DNA of 64,000 bases, from positions 19,197,512 through 19,261,511 of the forward strand of contig JARDVH010000130.1 of NCBI GenBank assembly GCA_030324005.1. The letters are read 5' to 3'. Below the pieces are notes generated by a model that saw only the letters and a list, made by a program, of their open reading frames with translations, did not search any database and had not been told where the DNA came from. Source of the DNA: Negaprion brevirostris (Eukaryota). Of the stretch, positions 1 to 14,235 are shown in pieces; the first letter of the stretch is position 1; each line of letters opens with the position of its first letter. The position numbers were made by a program, and so were the translations under genes.

Positions 1-78
1 CCATGATCTTATTGAATGGCGGGGCTGGCTCGAAGGGCTAGATGGCCTACTCCTGCTCCTATTTCTTATGTTCTTATG
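1..78 (+). mobile_element. 3' end of a young CR1 LINE
   Basis: Tail gaatggcggggc...ggcctactcctgctcctatttcttatgttcttatg; 72/73 identical to 61525-61597. Confidence 0.8.
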
Positions 79-928
79 ATGGGCTGAACAGCCTCTTTCC
101 AGCCTGTATATTTGTATGATTCTCTGCAGGAACAGAAATTGGAAAAGCTCTTGCTGGAAAAAATACGTGACGTTTTTGGTGCCAATAATTCTCTATATAA
201 AATCAGTGGGAGGTGAATTTGGTTTGTAACATGTGTAACACTCCAATCTATGCCTCACTTAAAGAGGGTTCTTGATATGGAAGTAGAATTAATGAAAGAA
301 ATTTAATGAGATACAACTCGTGAGTAAGCACAGCTGTTCCTACCTGAAATAAGTGGCATACAACCAGTAACTTTAAACTTGATTTCAGTGCAAATTGTAA
401 TCACTTGTTGACTGACGTAGTTGACTGCTTGCAACTGGATATTGGATTTTTTTTAGTGGTAGCAAATGTGCTGATTTTGCAGTGGAATTAGAGTTGATGT
501 GTATGTGGGCATTTTTTAAGTGTTAGCATATATATGTACATATGATATGCATCATTTTTGTCATGTGCTGATGAGTTAAACAAGCACTTTGACATGCATT
601 TTCTTTTGCTGGTAGGGAGGTTGAACTGATAAGGAATGTTTAATCAATATGATTTATTAATTTTTCACTCGTGGTGAAAAACAGTTTAAAATCTTCTGGT
701 ATTTAATTGAGTAAGATTCATGTTTAGAACCATGATAACTGCAAGAAGAACAAATGGTGTGAAAATGGCCAATGCATATTTTTCTTTTGGGGTTGAGAAT
801 GGATCAATGATCCGACTATCAAGGTTGGATTTAGTAGTATAATTAAATGGAGCCAGTGCATGAGTACTTGCCTTCTACTGTCTGAACTAAACAACTATCA
901 GTGTGCAAGTACCATAAAGAAACTAATG

Positions 929-1404
929 CAGGGATTCCCAAACTGGGTGTCACAATCCCTAATGGGGTGATGAGGTGAAATTTTGAGGTCATGAGCTATA
1001 AGGCAGCAATTACGACTCCGAAGTTCAGATTAATTTCTAGCAGTTACAAAGTTCCTTAACGTTCTTGCATTTTGTTTTTTGGTGGGCATGGACTACCCTG
1101 GTCCAGTTGTAGCTGCAAAAAAACGCGGAAAATAGGTACTTTTTGTAGAAACCCTGCCTTTTATTCAACTCTCCCACTCAACTCAGTTTGCCAACCAAAC
1201 CCACCTTCCATCACCACCCCGTCATGTAATCAAGAAATAAAGTCCCCTTTTGCCCAGCAACTATAACACACTCTCACTGCCGAACAACTGAAACCTTTTC
1301 TCCTTCCCCAGCCCAGTACCGTCTAAAATTCCAATCCAAGCGTGACATCAAGTCTGAGCCTTTAAAGTGGGGCATATTGGAAAAAGTTTAGAAAGAACTA
1401 AACT
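929..1404. mobile_element. Degenerate non-autonomous hAT-like DNA transposon
   Basis: Starts cagggattcccaaactggg, a hAT/Charlie-like terminus. A degenerate counterpart aaaagtttagaaagaact lies near 1382-1400. Confidence 0.35.
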
Positions 1405-3089
1405 GAGGCTTCAAGGATAGTTCTTTGATTAATGTTGCATTGATTTGAATGAAAGTTAGAGGATCTTTGTGTGTATCGGTTCCATTTTGATTCTGACGGT
1501 AGCGATTCAGATGCACAAGCTCTGGATTCACATGTTAGTCATTTCATGTAAAACGTTTCATCTGAACAACTTGTTTCATTAGCTCTCCAAGAGCAATTGT
1601 ATGTAAGATGTCAGTATTGTAAATTGTTACTTGTGTTGTACAGTGTTTGGTACTTTTGCTGCTATCTTTGTCAATAGTCAAATTTTTTCTTGTTATGAAC
1701 TTAAAATGTGATTTTTTGTCATCTAAATTATTGAGTGTGTGGTGAAAATTTCAGGAGGGCAAACTGCTGAAACTGAGCTGAACTATTGCTGCCTGGCTTT
1801 TAGCGCTCACTACTTATTGTGCTGAATTGGAAACCACTCCCATAAATAAATTCTTGCTTTCCAAGAAATCAGTGCGACTTTAAATGCACAACATCTTATC
1901 ATATATTGGCTAGAGGTTGAATCCAAGTATTTGTTCTTGTAATTAGTTGACTGACTTGACATGACTCCTCAGTATTTATTTTTGGTCTTTTGGACAGTGA
2001 AAAAATAAACACTTCATCACATTATTCACTTGAGCATGATTTTAATTTATCAGATCTAACGATGCTTTGTTGAACACCAGTTGGGTCCGAGGTGCAAATC
2101 TTTTCACAGTGATTTGCAAGCAAACACCTTTACTTTAATTACCTAATGTCAGAACAAGACAAGTGACCTGTCTCTCCAGAAATTGTACGGGGCCTCATTT
2201 ACCAGGAGTGAGCCTGTTCCCTTCAGGCTGCCAACAGTGCTACTTTGCAGACAGGAATTCACTTGCAGTAAACACACAAAATTGCCAAAACCCACTTTGA
2301 TTTCTCCATATCCATTGGGAGTAATAAAAACATATCCATGCTTAGTGGCCGCAGGATTTTTCAAAAAGTCTCTTATTTCAATTCACCTCTTCCTGTGAAG
2401 ACTATTTTCATATCGCAACTGTGGTTCTAAAAGCTTGTTTTTCCTCACCAATTCGATGCTGATTTTGCTAGTTTCAAGATTTCTCAATGTTTACAAAGTT
2501 GCTGCTACTGGTGATTTGTGGGAGCTGCGTCTATGGCTCCCAAATTTAAACCATCTTTGTCATGGCTGCAAATCATAGCCTTGTCCAGATGAACAGCCAA
2601 TAGTATTGTGATTCCAAAATGTGAGTTTTCCAATCAACTGAGAAGCTTCAGCTGAGTCCTGGGTATGTCTTGATAACCTTGGACGCAACTGCGTGAAGCA
2701 GAAAGGAAGGTCACCTGGCTGTTTTATTGATTCACTGTATTCATCTCTCCTGCAGTAAGGGTCTGGCATTATGGACGCATGGTTATGAGGTGACTAAGGA
2801 TGGGAAATAAAAACTCCATCATACTCAACATTTCGAAGAGACCTGCAGAATGTAATAGGAAGAGGGGTGGCCCTGATACTGAGGAAAATTTGCAAGGGCA
2901 TGGAGTCATGTATGGCATTAAAGGAGACCACTTCCACCCAAGTCCATGCCACTTCTTCTGTGGCTCTGCAAGTTTGCTTTTCAAGTGTCCATGTTATTTC
3001 CTTCTGAAATTATTCACGACAAAATATTTCTTCCCCGTATTGCCCCTCCATCTCCATTCAAAATCTAAAATGTGTGTCCCCTATTTGTA

Positions 3090-5685
3090 GAATGAGCAAA
3101 CGACATTTGTGGGAAAGGCTCAAAAAATTTGTGAAGTAGAACGGAGATTAGGAATAGCAAGAGTCAAAACACTAGTGGGGGTGTGGGGGTGGCAGTAGTT
3201 TATAAGCCACCCAGCAATGCTGACGGACAAAGCATTAAGCAAATTATTGGCGCATGGAACAAAGACATTGGAAATGATGTGGGTACTTTAATATTAATTT
3301 CGCTGGACCAATCAAATTGGTAAAGGTTGTCTGTAATGGCAGATTGTAGAATGCCTTTCTCAGAATTTCCTGGAGCAACATATTATGCAATGAATGAGGG
3401 ATGAAACTGTTTTAGATTGACTATTGCACAACGAGGAAGTGTTCATTCGTACTGTCATAAAAGATTTAATGGCGAATAGTTATTCGAACACAACTGAATT
3501 CTACGTTTTAAGTTTGAAAATGACATGCTGCAATCACAAACCAGAATTTTAAACTTAAAGCCAATTGCATAAGTGTGAGAGGTTGGGGGGTAATGGCTCA
3601 GGTTTGATTGGGTAAATAGACTAAAGGTTATATCAGTAAATAAAAAGAGGGAAACATGTAAAGAAACAGTTTAAAATGTTTGAGACAAATACATTATATT
3701 GATAAAGAAACTCAATGAGAAAGCTAATGGCTTCGTAAGGAGAATAAGGACAGTATTAAGTTTTAAAAGATTAGGATTGTATCTGTAATATTGACAAGAA
3801 TAATGTTAAGTCTGAGGATTGGGAGTGTTTTGGAAATGAGTAAAAGGCCACCCAGAGGTTAGTAAAAAAGGGAAAATGGAATAAAAGTCAAGTAACCAGG
3901 AATATAAAGACTATTTATCGGAGCTTTTACAAGTACATAAATAGGAAAAGAGTTGCTGAAGCCAATACTGGTCCCTTAGAAACAGGGTTGGGAGAAATTG
4001 TCATGAGGCATGAGGAAATAGTGGAGATGTTAAACAGAAATTTTGTGTGTATCTCGTGGAAGACACAAGTTGCAAATCAGAAAGTGAAGCTAATTAAAGC
4101 ATTTGGGGGAGTATAAGAATGAGGAAAGTAAAGTTACCAATAAGAGCAAAGAAAAAGTACATGTGGAACTCTAGGGACCAGAATTTGGCAAATCCCCAGA
4201 ACCTGATGGCCTACATGCCAATTTTCTAAAATGGATCACTGCACTGATAATGGATTTGCTGGCTATGATTTTCCAAAATTCCCTATTTCTGGAATGGTCC
4301 CAGCAGATAGGAAGTCAGCGTGTGTAATTCTGCTATTCAAGAGAGAAAACTGGGAACTGCATACCAGTTTGCCTCACATCAGTAATTGTGAAAGTCCTGG
4401 AATGTATTATTAAGGAACTCTGAACCATGAATTTGGAAAAACATAATATGGTCAGAAAAAGTTCATATGGCTTCACAAAAGGGGAATCCTGTTTGATCAA
4501 ATTGTTGGAGCTTTTTGAGGATGTAATGAATTGTGCAGAAAGGAGAACCAATGAATTGTTGCATGTTTGCGTTTCCAAAAGATAATTGATAACGTGCAGA
4601 ACATAATGTTAATATGTAAGTCCTCATGGAGTAGGGGTGATGCACTAGCATTGACAGAGGAGTGGTTAATGGAAAGCAAGCAGAGGGGAAGGATAATTTG
4701 GGCAGTTTCGAGTTGGCAGGCGTGCCACAAGGATCAGTATGAAGACTGCAGCTATTTACAGTCTGTATCGCTAACTTAGACGAAGAGATAGCGAGAATAA
4801 TGCATCTAAAGTTTGTTGACGATATATAGCTAAGTGGGAATGCAAGCTGTGAGGGGAGTCCTAAAAGACTAGAAAGAGTTATGGATCAGTGAGTGGGCAA
4901 CAAGGTAGCAGAGGTCTATAAGTAAATATAAGATCATCCACTTGGGTTATCCACTTGAGTCACAAGACTAGAAAAAGGAAATTTTTTTTAAAAGGCATGC
5001 AACTTGGAAATATTGATGTTCTGAGAAACGTGGGTGCACAAGGAACACTAAGCATGCAGGTACTGTAAGCAGTTAGGAAAGCTAACAGCATGTTGACCAT
5101 TGTTGCCAGGGAATTGCAGTACTAGAATAAAGAACTGTTGCAACAATTGTACAGGGCTTTAAGACTACACTTGAACACAACGTACAATTTTGGTCTCTGT
5201 ATTTAAGTAAGGGTATACCTGCATTAGAGGCTTTACAGCAAATGTTCATGAGAAAGGTCCCTGAGGTGAAAGGTTGCTCTAAAATGAGTGGCTGAATAAG
5301 TTGTCTGGAGCGTCGAAGAAGAAGTGATTGAAGTTTATGAAAGGCCCTGACAGGTAGACACTAAAAGGTTGTTTCCCTTAGGAAGAGAATCGAGAACAAG
5401 GGTGGGGGGCCTGTTTCAGGATAAGGAGCCAATCATTTAGGACTGAGATGAGGAGAAATTTCTTCACCTAAAGGGTTGTGAACCTTTGGAATTCTCTGCA
5501 CCAGAACATTGTGGCTGCTCGATTGAGTTGTTTAAGGCTGAGATGGAGGTCTTTTGGCCTTGAGGATCAAGGGGTACAGGGAGTGGGTGGGAAAGTGGAA
5601 TTAAACCAGCCTCGATCATGTCAAATGGTGGAGTAGGTTAATAGGCCAACCGGCCTTCTCCTGCCACTTGTTTTTATGTTCTTCT
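3090..5685 (+). mobile_element. Decayed CR1 LINE (endonuclease through RT and 3' tail)
   Basis: Frameshifted ORF2 remnants: V.Y.PP and FLEQ..(PT)R...LD endonuclease motifs, HGFTKG.SCL.LL.FFE, KF(V)DD near 4808, and a CR1-type 3' tail ending tttttatgttct. Confidence 0.85.
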
Positions 5686-8600
5686 GTTGTTATCACTGAA
5701 AAATTACTTGTGGGTATAGAGCATCAATTTTGTGGGCTATTGATGAGAATGAACAGTCAGTTCGGGTTATTGGGTTCTCATGCGTTCCAAGGTCACGCTT
5801 CACCTGAGGCCTCTGAGCATCTTCCCCTCAGATGATTCGTAGCAGCCTAACAGACCCATTTGCTCAGTGAAGTGAGCACTAAGCGTAGTGATTAAAGAAT
5901 TGTCAACATGAGCTGTTTAAAGTTACAGGCAGCCAAGTTGTTGTTTTGTTGTGTTAAATTACAAGCTACAGACAGAGTAGTTTGTGCTAATTGTGATGTA
6001 GTCATCTATTGTGCTCTCATGATGCACTTGGCTCTTTGATTGTAGCTGGAATGGACAAGGTACCTCCAACGTCTTCAGGCTGTCCATACACATGGAATCC
6101 AGTGGTTCTTCCCAAGTATGGCTTGTGTTGGAATTGGATTCGCTAACATCTACAATAGTAGATCCGATTCTGGATACTGACTTCATCTATTTGGATGGCC
6201 AGAGCAGAGTTTTTGTAGCTATTCATGTGTTTTCCTGAATCTAAGAATGTTAAGGAAAACTAACTTTGTGTGAACATACTGTGGCTGCGTCAAACCTTTT
6301 TGAAATCTTCGGGTTGTGATCAAACCTGGAAACCTGTTTGTGTTTGACTTGATTCAGCTGTTTAGGCTGCTATATTTTGATGCAGTTTTGATGTCTAATA
6401 TTTGTTAGGTGAAGCTTCAAATCCACCCAACATCTTGTCATATCTAGAGATTTTAGATGATACTCGAATGTTTTGTTGGTGTTTATTTAAGATTATGAAC
6501 CTTGAACTTTTACTATCCTTTTAAGAGTGCACTCCAATGCAGACATCAGCAGAGGTTAATCCTTTTTTCCCAATTGTTTTGCACATGACGCAGCTCATAT
6601 GAAGGACTCTTTGGAGTGTGGTGCTGAATCCCTTTCTCCAAATATGTAGTGAAGACTTCTTCTGAAGTGAGTTATAATGTGCTGAAGATTTACTTGACTA
6701 CCTTCGATCAGTTACTAGAAACTCTGAATTATCCTGTCAAGAGCTGCCCATAAGCTTACGACTATCGCATGTGGATTCGTGCTACCTTCTAGACAGGAAC
6801 TTGGCACTAGAGTTGAATTAAATAATTTCTTGCCATTATCTCCAGTATATTAGCCTTGCATTATGGGCAGATTGATTGTCTAACATTTGAAAAATAGGTA
6901 TTTGATCAGATGTTTTTTCAACATTCGTAAGGTTGAAAGATATGGCTCACTTCACGCTTGCCATTTTGTTTTGCGTCAAATTTAGCATATTTGCTTTGAG
7001 TTGTTCTGTGGGTTTGTTTTTCGTTTTTGAGGGGATCAATGTATCTTTTTGCCCTCTTTTCCCAATATCATTTTTGAGCAAGAAATAAAAGATAACCTGC
7101 ATAACTGCCATCAATGATACTTTGAAGTCTGCAAAAGCAAGCTGGAGATGATCGTATTTCCTCCTGCATTCCCAATGGAAAATGCCTGTCCAGCATGGTG
7201 GAAACTTCAACATTTGTTCCATTTGTCTACAACATCTCGGGTTTTTTTGAAGTTCACTTCTCGTTGTAATGGCAGTAATTGGTTTCAATTGTCATCTTGT
7301 TCTTTGCTTCCCTTGATTTGAAATCTCATTTCCAATTAAGACAAAATTACACTTGGGGTCTGCTGTAGATTTTGAAGACAAATGACTGTGCTATAATTAT
7401 TAACCCAGTGAGGGGGTAGGTCTTCTGTGACTTAATTTCCAAAGAATGTTTCAGAAATTGGTCCTATCAGGAAATTATATTCTTGGATTGATTCTTCATG
7501 CAATGGAGAAACATATAACATTAATTGTAAAGATTTTGCACATGTAGCAATTTGTTGGTATCTACTTGGCACGTTTACTTTTTGGCAGTGTGCAAGAACA
7601 AACTTTGTTTTTGAGAAGGGAAATGTTTTGCAAATGATTGCACTTAGCACTGTTCCTACGCTCATAAATATGCTTTTCAATGCAGGCAAAGTTACAGATT
7701 TTCCTACCGAGGTGTTGAAATTGAAGCTGAAAGATCTAGGTGTGTTAATTCAATAAGCACAGCATGTCTCATAATGTTGGAGCAGCAATCAGCCTAATAA
7801 AAGGAAGGCTACATAATACTGCTAAGGCAGAGGTGTTAGGATCCCCGTGAAGATGGAGAACAATAACTTAAATGAATCAAACAGCTCATATGGAAAAAAA
7901 ATGATGGATATGATTTCACCTTGAAAACCTTTACTGTACCAATCAAACCAAATTGATCATAAACATGAAGTAACAGGCAAATTGTGTATAAATTATGCTT
8001 GAAATGGTCGATACAACATAGATCGTTCTCTCAGATTTCTTGCGTAATCCCTTTGGTGTAAATGGCATTAATTTTAGCTTCATGTAAAACTTGGTCTTTC
8101 CCAGGTAGAGATTCAGTTCTTCAATTCATGCAAAAGTTAAGCACCAAGTCTCATCCAATAATAGCTTTCTTAGACCTGAGTTATATGGGTACAATGTCCA
8201 GCAAAAAGTGCACATCTTTCCCAATCCCCCTCATGTTGCTCATGGAATCAGCCTTTTTTGTCATCTTTTCCAGTTGCACCAAGACTCCCCTTCCTTGGCT
8301 GTCTCGCACATTCTTCCTCTGACATGTTCTGACCACTGCTGGAAGTGAGTTCCCAAGCCCTGTGTTACTCTGACCACTGTTCAGCTGGGTGCTTTTTACC
8401 CCCAGCCAACTTCCATTTCCCGAGCAACTGAAGGCCAGATGCTGATTTCTCAGAAGTCAGATGTCGCAGTCAGAAATTCAGAGCTACACCATTCTCCATA
8501 CCCCCACCCCCACGCTTTTTTTTCCAGGAACTTGGAGTTTTAATTTCTTTTTCTGTTGGGGACTGTCTCAAAAAGTACAAACTTTGAAACCAGTCATTGC

Positions 8601-8749
8601 GGACAACTCTTGCAAATTAGATTTTATCATGGAGGGTGTTGGTCAAATGTCAGACTACGTCTTGTATCTTTTATGTCCCAGATATCAGCCATTATGGTGG
8701 TACAGAGAATGGTGCGAATAGCCCTTAGTCTGATATTTATTTGTGAGCT

Positions 8750-8990
8750 ATGAAAATTGCTGGCTCAATGAGCAGTTATTGCTTATCCTAATAAGCCCTT
8801 GAGAAGATGATGGTGAGCCCCTTCTTGAACAGTCCGTGTTGTGTCGGTTGTCGCAATGTTTTTGGAGAGAGAGTTCCAGAGTTTTGCTCCAGCCACAGTG
8901 AAGGAACAGTTTATAGTTCCAAGTCAGAATGCTGTCTGCTTTAGAGGGAACTTTCTGATGGTAGTGTATCATCATGTATCTATGCCTTTG
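8750..8990 (-). mobile_element. 3' fragment of a CR1-group LINE
   Basis: Same terminal sequence as 30550-30750 (-) and 40567-40815 (+). Confidence 0.55.
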
Positions 8991-9849
8991 TTTTTCTTGT
9001 GGTGTTTGCAGTATGTTCCAACTACAAGATGCACTGAGGCAACACAAACCAAGGCTTCTCCAAACCCACTCCACATACGACCAGAAAAACAAAAACATAG
9101 ATCCATGGGGACTCTCCCACCAGAAAATTCCCCCCCAAAGCAATTTTTGCTGATTGAATTGAGCACTGACTTGAGGGAAGAAAACTTCCCTTTCCCTTTC
9201 AAAAAGAATAGATTTTTAAAGTAATAAATTACTGGAAATAAATACCACAAAAGGCCATTGAAGTTAGTGTGAGGTGATAAGTGAATGCCGGGGCAGCATT
9301 GCCATTAACTTTAAGGCTGATAATGATGAGCATTAATTTAGTTGATTCAAAAAGCACTTGGGGCATTTTCACAAAGCTGCTCCAGTTAATTGTGCTGCTG
9401 CCGGAAAACTCAATTTTTTATTGCAATTTGAAATTATTTCCTCTCTTATCCTCTGTGGGTTATTGCATATAAAAAAAACTCTAACAAATGGAATTTGGAT
9501 AAATGAGCACATCAAGGCAGTGAATTCACAGAAATGTAAATATTTTCTGTCTTGCGTGGCCTACAGTTTACAAATGAGAATGCTGGGCTCAGAGAATATG
9601 ACTTTAGTTTGAATGAGATTCACGTTTAGTCCGACACACTGTGAAAGCCGTAAACAGTGTCATTTCAAAAAAATGGTTATTTGCTGGGTGCTTATTCCCA
9701 GAAATCAAGGGAATGTCTCTTGGGTTTGGAGCTCTCAATTGTGGTGGATCTAGCATCCCTTCCCATGATAGAAAAAATTTGCACACAGGCACTTGTGCAC
9801 AATTAAGGTCTCTTGTCCTGCCACGTTCGACTATCAGTGGTGGACAATA

Positions 9850-10275
9850 AAATAACTAACAGCAGGAGGAGTCCACAAACATCCTTAAAAAATTGTAGAG
9901 TTCAGCACATCAGTGCAAAAGTCAAGACTGAAGCATTTGCAGCCATCTTCAACCAGACGTGCTGGGCAGGTGATCTATCTTGACCTTCTCTTACGGTGCT
10001 CAGCATCATAGATGCCAATTTGATTCACTCCACATGAAAATAAGGCGGCACTGGATGCTACGAAGGCTTGAGGCCAAGGCAACAGTACTGAAGACTTGTG
10101 CACCAAATTTAGCTGTCCAAGCTGTTCTAGTGCATCTACAATATTGGCATCTATCTGGCAGTGTGAAAATTGCCCAAATATATTGTCCACAAAAAAAAGA
10201 CAAATCCAATTAGGCTAATTACTGCCCCATGAATCTATACTCAATCACCAGCAATGGTGGAAAGGGTTGTTGAAT
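9850..10275 (+). mobile_element. CR1-group LINE fragment (RT N-terminal region)
   Basis: ORF 9980-10213 ends KIAQIYCPQKKDKSN and continues as an NYCP..L.SI remnant of the NYRPISLL RT motif. Confidence 0.75.
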
Positions 10276-11740
10276 TCTATTTCATTCATGACTTTAGAAT
10301 ACTGTCTGACCATTGCACAGCCCTGTCAGTGCAGACCAAAATGCAACAAGTTGAGTTGATTTCTGCTGCAGTCATGAAATCATCAAATATTTCAAAAATA
10401 TTGCCTTTTCTATTGCTTTTGAACCCTTTAGTAAAGTCTTTTATTTCCAGATTCCAAGTTCCAACATGGATGTGAATCTCATGAACAATGAATGTTTTCG
10501 ATTCTTTGAGTGTGACCTAATCTAAAAGATTCAACAACAAATGGGACATTCCAGAAATGCTTGTAGATTACTGACATTGTGCAACAGCCATTGCCACGTA
10601 GTTGATAAATGCACTAGAAAACTGTCTTCTGATAAATCAATCCAGTGTCTTGACATTGGCATTTTCTCGGATTCCTTGGTTATAACAGTCTTTTGTTGAG
10701 CAAGGTGCAACAAGTGCACAGCTCACGAGGCTCCTTTTGTGTGCAGTCAGTTGCACTGTTATAAAATTTCTGTCCACACCTTCCATTTNNNNNNNNNNNN
10801 NNNNNNNNNNNNNNNNNNNNNNNNNNNNNNNNNNNNNNNNNNNNNNNNNNNNNNNNNNNNNNNNNNNNNNNNNNNNNNNNNNNNNNNNCCCCAATTTGCG
10901 TCACTGACCACACCCCCCCACGCTACAACTCACCTGCGACTATCTCCACTTTATTTACCCTGCTGAGCCCCCTGACACTAGGTTCAATTTAACATGGCCA
11001 GTCAACCTAACTCGCACATCTTTGAACATTCATCTCCTTGTAAGATAACTTCCAGACCAAGTGCTGAAAAAATGGGATTATTGTAGTCAGATATTTGTTG
11101 GCTGGCGTGGACACAATGAGCCGAATGGCCTCCTGTGTTGTAAATGCCCAGGAATCTATTATCCCCTGCACCTTTTTACACCAACAAATATTCAGGAAAG
11201 GCTGGAAACAGGCACATCTCTTTGTTCTAAGTGCTAAGAGTGTACTCCGGGAAGGCCTTAGATTGCATCAGGAACTAAAAAACAATCATTACAAGGCAGA
11301 AATGGGTCCCATACCAGAAACCATTCCAGAAATTGGCAGCATGTTGATTTACAACGGAAGCTCACAAAAAATGGCAAGTAAATTTAGAGCCAGCATTCTA
11401 AGCAGTAAAAGTCCATGTACAATGTTTGCAATTGGTCTGCTGCTTGTAAAATTTTACTGACCGCTAAAATTGACTTTTGCATTCACACGTCATCACCATA
11501 TTCTGATGAAGTGTGAATGGTATCAGAAACTAAAAGCAGTAACAGTGGATGGAATATGAAAGACATGGAGAACTAAACAGTGACTTTATCCACTTGACCT
11601 CATTGCCGTGAATTCATTAATGTTGAAGACAGCCTCACTCTTCTCCTGAACCACGCACCAATGCCTCCCACTCCGCTGACACTGATTTATCAAGAAGATC
11701 TTTCCAGTCCACATCTTAGTTTAATTTGATCTTTTCCGTT

Positions 11741-12030
11741 TGAGTGGCAAGTGGTTAGTACTGCTGCCTCACGGTGCCAGGGACCTGGGTTTGATTTCCT
11801 CCTTGGGTCACTGCCTGTGCAGAATCTGCACATTCTCCCCGTGCCTGCGTTGGTTTCCTCAGGGTACTCCAGTTTCCTCCCACAGCCTGAAAGACGTGTT
11901 GGTTATGTGCACTGGCCATACTAAATTTTCTGTGTACCTGAATAAGCACCAGAGTGTGGCGACTAACCTTATAATAACTTGATTGCAATGTTAATGTCAG
12001 CCTACTTGTGAATTAATAAATAAACTTAAG
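11741..12030 (+). mobile_element. tRNA-derived V-SINE/HE1-like SINE with an aataaataaactt-type tail
   Basis: A-box-like gtggttagtactg, B-box-like gggtttgatttcc, and conserved core tgcacattctccccgtg...ggtttcctc...tttcctcccacag. Confidence 0.8.
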
Positions 12031-13479
12031 CTTGAGGACTTTAACTCCTGATTTACGTTTGTCCTGCTAAATCTCACTGTATTATGACCACACAAGACTC
12101 TCTCACTGACAACCCCATCCACATGCCCAGCTTTAGACTCTAAAGCAATTCGGAACTTGCCTATCACATGTTGGGTTTGCTACATTCTTGCTAAACATTT
12201 TCTCCTAAATACAAAGAGTCCTGTGGTCTTGTACCTTTTTAGACTGATTCTTCCCCAGTTGATTGAAATTCCTTGCTCTTACTACTCCATTGATATTGTA
12301 CTTATCAGAAATTTGCCTGAGCATTTGCCCTTCTATTTCCATCTGTCTGTTTGGGTGCCTGTTATATTTTCCCAGCAGTGTGATTGCCTATATTTTTGCT
12401 ATTCATTTCAACTCTCATTTGATCCCTGCTCATAGCTGCAAGTGTTTCTTTAACAATATTATATCCCTACTTTTTTTTTAATCCCAATCTCGATCTCATC
12501 TGAAAACCTAGTTACCCAATGGGCTTCCTTTTCTGCTCTTAAAGCTGTGTTTCAGTAATATGTATAATATTATTCTTCTAAACATCCATCTGTGACCTCA
12601 GCAAACCTACCTTTTTCACTAGGCTCATTGCATTGAAATATATAGCATATTGCGGCTGCCTAATTTCTTTGTCTATTTCCTAACCTTTGCTTCCTCTATT
12701 TTTTACACTCGCTTATTAATTTTCTGCTTTCCATGTTCAATGTTTCTTTCCCTTCTGAATCTGCATCCCATGTTTGTGTCTTCAGCTAATTCAAACCCTT
12801 CCCAACAGTACGAGCAAACCTCATGTGCAAAGTGCACATCACATTTGCAAAAGCATTGTTCATATCAAATGTCTGTCAAGCATATCTAATCTGTTCAATT
12901 AATAACACTCTACACTTAATTGCTTATTACTTCAAATGATCTAATGTAAAATTTGTTAAACCAAATTTCCATCTCCTTGTGTTGGTTTAATTCATTTTTG
13001 TTTGAAAATTTTAGGAATTACGTAAAATTGCCTGTAGACTGCTTATATTTAGCAGATCATAGATTTGCTAAAATACATATGAATAGTACATTCTGAGAGT
13101 CATGAAGAAACAAATTAAGAAAATGAAGCAACACGTGAGTGTTGAAATTTGAATAATTTCTTGAAGACTTGACTTGATTTTTCTGAGACCTTCAACCAGA
13201 TATAAATCTAAAAATGCAATTTGTAACTTGAAAGTTAATCATACGCCTCTGGCTTGGATGGCTTTAGAAATTTATAATTCCAGTCTCATTTTGCAGGGGT
13301 TGGTAAACTCTGCCCTGATTGTATGACCAACAGTTGCTTGGCCTATTGCAGGATGAGACGAAAACTTAACATCTTATCAATCTGTGGTGTTGCAAAGGAT
13401 GCAGCCACTCGCTTATTTGGGATATTTGTGCTTGTTTCTTTCTGGCTGTCCCCTCCTTTTCTGGTTTTGCTCCATATGA

Positions 13480-13870
13480 CTTCAGAGTCGGAAGAATGGA
13501 GAGTTTGAATAGGAGTGGTGAGTGAGCTGTTGATTGATGCACTGCAGAAGGGTTGAGATGGATTATACTGAGTGCCCAGGTTGCTGTATGTCAGCACGGA
13601 AAGTAGAATTCTGAGTGAACAATGGTGGATGAGGGCTACCAGGAATGTTAGATGAAGAGGTGGCGGGAGCATGTTTGAGGATTTCAATAATGAATGGGTG
13701 AGATAGGAATGGCAGCTGATGTTGTGATGGAAGTGCAAGTTGGCCTTTATGATAGAAAGAAAATGGAAATGCAAACTTACATCAGGATTAAAAAAGATGT
13801 GAAGGGTGGGAGAAGTCTTGTTCAGCCTAGGACAACCCAGGAAAGAGGCTGAATTTCTCTACATCCCTTC
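13480..13870 (-). mobile_element. Old L2-like LINE fragment
   Basis: Purine-rich decayed ORF2-like sequence similar to other L2 remnants in the window. Confidence 0.4.
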
Positions 13871-13922
13871 CCTTTTATCCCTCCTCTAGTTGTTTTTGAT
13901 ATTGATTAATTTAGAATCAAAA

Positions 13923-14047
13923 TGTGGGAGGAAACCCATGCAGACATGGGGAGGACATGCAAACTCGGCACAGTCAGTCACCTAAGGGTGGAATTGACCC
14001 TGGGTCCTTGGCGCTGAGAGGCAACAGTGCTAACCACTGTGCCACCA
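13923..14047 (-). mobile_element. V-SINE/HE1-like SINE, 5' portion
   Basis: Reverse complement of the tRNA-like head (gtggcacagtggttagcactgttgcctctc...gggtcaattcc) and core. Confidence 0.8.
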
Positions 14048-14164
14048 GATTTGCATAGAATCAGGAACTTTTCAACCAGCGATATATATCATGTATTGGG
14101 CTGTTATTTAATTCATTGCACTCTTGATTATGTTTTTAAGACGATGATCTTTGTTTTAATGCAG

Positions 14165-14235
14165 AAGAGTTGAGGAAGTTCAGCTGGTCTGGAATCCCAA
14201 GACAGGTTCGACCAATTACGTGGAAACTTCTTTCA
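14165..14235 (+). CDS. TBC1D22A: TBC1D22 coding exon (71 nt, phase 1 to 0): (E)ELRKFSWSGIPRQVRPITWKLLS
   Basis: Acceptor ttttaatgcag|AAGAG, donor TTCA|gtaagt. Translation matches the start of the TBC domain. Confidence 0.95.

Noticed and set aside
128-175. ALAGKNT-like peptide resembling the end of the preceding TBC1D22 exon (LLAGPNTDL)
   Set aside because: An in-frame stop follows immediately and there is no matching upstream sequence. Chance similarity.
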